A stretch of 64,000 bases of DNA from Takakia lepidozioides (Eukaryota; Plantae; Bryophyta), in NCBI GenBank assembly GCA_030704615.1, contig CM060732.1, forward strand, positions 55,366,001 to 55,430,000, in the 5' to 3' direction. Under the pieces are notes generated by a model. That model saw nothing but the letters and a program-made list of their open reading frames with translations. It was not told where the DNA came from and ran no database searches. The first letter of the stretch is position 1. The number at the start of each line of letters is the position of its first letter. Shown one piece after another: positions 61,408 through 64,000 of this stretch. The translations under genes and the position numbers were made by a program.

Positions 61408-62103
61408 ATGACTGATTGTTCTGCGCGGGCTGAGTACTTAGAGATTTCCAACTCTTCTATCTTGGAGTTTCCGCCTCGGATAGCGAAGGGATGGGTGAGT
61501 AAAAGCCGCGCGACATTTGGCGACCATACTGGGGACCTGGGACATGAACAACCAGATGTGACAGGCATCTGGTGGGATCATGGTGGTTGGACCATTAAAG
61601 AATTTGAAGTGAATCAAATTCCCTGTGGAACGAAGGAAGAAAGATTGTCCAAACAATTCTTTCAAAGGTTCTTGGAATTGCCAGACGGTTGTAAAGAAAA
61701 TATTCTTAAACGAGTGCATGATGCTGATCCAGAATGGGGTCTGGAGAAAGGAGTGATAAAGATTTATCAGGTAGCCTGTAGAGGAAGAGCACGTTGGTTA
61801 CCAACATTGGTTTATGTGATAGCATTGCTATCCATTAAACGAGTAGAGTTTGAAGGCTGGGAAGAAAGAAAGGTGAATGTTTATACTCATATGCATGAAG
61901 AGCTTGTACTGGTAAAGAATTGGATTCCAAAGGATATTTTGTGGATCAAACTCACACCAAGAACAGCTTTTCAGACTTGTTTGCCATATGGTTATATGGT
62001 AACAGAGACTTCTAGTATAGCTAAGGGTGCATTGAAGCTTGAAAGAAACCCAGGCATATACGAGAGATATTACAGAAGAGAGTTTTGGTTATTGCCACAT
62101 TAA
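61408..62103 (+). CDS. Unknown 231-aa ORF between the putative LTR and gag
   Basis: Uninterrupted ATG-initiated ORF with globular composition; no family recognised. Confidence 0.5.
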   Translation: MTDCSARAEYLEISNSSILEFPPRIAKGWVSKSRATFGDHTGDLGHEQPDVTGIWWDHGGWTIKEFEVNQIPCGTKEERLSKQFFQRFLELPDGCKENILKRVHDADPEWGLEKGVIKIYQVACRGRARWLPTLVYVIALLSIKRVEFEGWEERKVNVYTHMHEELVLVKNWIPKDILWIKLTPRTAFQTCLPYGYMVTETSSIAKGALKLERNPGIYERYYRREFWLLPH

Positions 62104-62840
62104 AAGAAATGAAAGACATGGGACATGAGTGATGAAAGAGAAGCTAGACGACAGAGATATTCAGCAAAAAGAGAAAGCTATCTGAAAGCTAATTATCCAT
62201 ATCTTTGGAGAGAGGAATAGACATAGGGGAAGCATCTGGACCTCTCACACCATCAAGATCAAAGAGTGCATCACCTATACCGGAAGAACTAGAGTTGGAT
62301 GCCACTCCTTCTGTTTCTTTGCAAGAAAGATTAAGGGAATTGGTACAGGAAGAAGATCAATCACGAGGTGAAAGATCTGAGGTACATCCTGGATAAAAGA
62401 CTTGACAGAAATCTTTGATAAGAGTTGGCATGGAACACCAAAAGCAGGAACTCCAGTTTCTGAAGCAGAAGATGAAGAAAGAGAAGAGGATGTGGCAGAG
62501 CCAACGGAGAGTTCAGACTCTCCAACACCATTACAGTTGAGTTACATGAGTGAAGAAGAAACCCAAGGGCAGAACTTGGAGGATGAAAACAGAGAGAAGA
62601 AATTAGAAGAGGAAAAATATGAAGAAGTAGACCCAACAGCTGAGGTTGAGACTACAACCAGGACATCCCAACCTGTTGGACCTGGATCAAGTGGAGCACT
62701 TGGATCATAGGCCAACGAAGGTGTCGGCTCAGGGGGATCAGGCGGGCTGCCTGGATCTGGCTCTGGGGGGACAGGGAGTGTGGGAAGTAGTGCAACTGAA
62801 GCTGGGAATACTGTGAATATCGTGGGGCCAGAAGCAAGGA

Positions 62841-63750
62841 GTGCTCAAGGGCCACCACTTGGTGGAAGATCCACCACAAAAAACAACAGGTCCAGAAGGA
62901 CCAGCACCAGCAAGGGTGCCAGCACCTGTCAGTGGGCAGAAGGTAAGGCCAAGGATGGCGTTACAACCAACACGGGCAAAACCACCCTTTCCAATATATT
63001 CAGGAAAAGGGGATCCCGATGTACACATTAGCCAATTTGAGCACATGTGTATAGTGAACAATGAGAATGGCGATGATGCCAAGATGAGACTGTTTCCTTG
63101 TTCACTTATCAAGAAAGCAAGTGAATGGTACGCAAGATTCCCTGATAATCATTTCCTAACCTGGAATGGCTTGAATACAGCATTTCGAAATATGTTCAGG
63201 ACAAGTAAAACTGAGGATGAAGTGTATGGAAGTTTACAACAGCTGAAGCAGAAGAAGCATGAAACTGTTGAAGAGTATATGGAGAAGATGGAATTGATGA
63301 TGAAAAAGCTGGCTGCAGTACCAGCACCCGGTTTACAGAAGACTTGGTTTGTGAGTGGACTAAGACCAGAGTTGCAAAAGAAAGTGGATATGTTACCCCA
63401 CAACACAGTGGAGGAGGCATTTGAAACTGCGAACAGAATTGAGCAATTGGGAATGCTCAGGAGAGAAAAAAAAGAAGATGAGGACTCTGAGGATGAGTCA
63501 GAGAAGAAGAAGAGCAAGAACTAAAAAGAAAGAGTAAGAGAAAGGAGAAGTTGAAGAGGGATAACTATGAAAAAAAATTGGAAGAAATCTTGAAGAAGTA
63601 TGCCACAGAGGCTGCATTGGAGGAAGGGTGTATGGTGTGCAAAGTGCCAGAATGAAGGCCATACCACCACAGAATGTCACATGAAGGGAGAAACACTGTA
63701 CTATCTGTAAAATGGATAACCATTCTACTGAGAATTGTTACTACAACAGA
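62841..63750 (+). pseudogene. Gypsy gag (capsid plus two zinc knuckles), disrupted
   Basis: YSGKGDPDVHISQFE, LFPCSLIKKASEWY, TWNGLNTAF, LKQKKHETVEEY, WFVSGL. Then CAKCQNEGHTTTEC and ICKMDNHSTENC after stops and frameshifts. Confidence 0.88.
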
Positions 63751-64000
63751 AGGACAGCTGCAAGAGAACCTAGGCAAGTAAGGGTGCATCAGGTGCAGCC
63801 CCAGCAAGAAGAACAATGATCAGGACCACTATGGAAGGTCTGGTGGTTATAACAATGGCATGGAAGGGAGAGGTAATTCAAGAGGGAATTACCAAGGAAA
63901 TTCCAGAGGCAACTATCAGGGTAATCCAAGGGGGAATTACCAGCCCGGGAATCAGGATTATAGAAATAATCCAAGAACAGACCAAGGGCGAGGACCCAAT

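Larger units (their letters stand above)
60493..64000 (+). mobile_element. 5' part of a Ty3/Gypsy LTR retrotransposon (putative LTR ~60493-61394, extra ORF, gag)
   Basis: Putative LTR TGTAGGGG...CCCCCATGATACA, with a Retrotrans_gag-like ORF and CCHC knuckles downstream. The 3' LTR is outside the window, so the LTR limits are unconfirmed. Confidence 0.75.

Overview
Eukaryotic, intron-containing, transposon-dense plant genomic DNA; a non-seed land plant such as a bryophyte is likely, but that is inference. Two host genes look intact: a 3-exon UDP-glycosyltransferase (35929-38006, -) and a PQQ/polyvinyl-alcohol-dehydrogenase-like beta-propeller gene (about 51633-55723, +). An Asp1/APCB1-type aspartic protease pseudogene is stretched over at least 8.5 kb, possibly about 21 kb, by nested insertions: a rearranged Copia, LINE pieces and a Ulp1 SUMO-protease-carrying segment. 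Three structures stand out. (1) A roughly 2.75 kb Crypton-like tyrosine-recombinase (DUF3504-type) element at 31806-34558, with a 6-bp terminal direct repeat and symmetric inverted GAAAGAAA motifs. (2) Two related Mutator-like elements, one encoding a decayed GCM-like/DDE/SWIM transposase and one non-autonomous with a 9-bp TSD. Each is associated with a tandem array of DNA hairpins that share the apex GCG-(G/T)CAA-CGC but have different stems. (3) An inverted partial duplicate of the UGT locus at about 49325-50073 that lacks exactly the UGT-containing 3.65 kb segment. Several Harbinger, mariner and foldback MITEs and the 5' part of a Ty3/Gypsy element fill the rest. All calls come from reading the sequence by eye; no searches were run.
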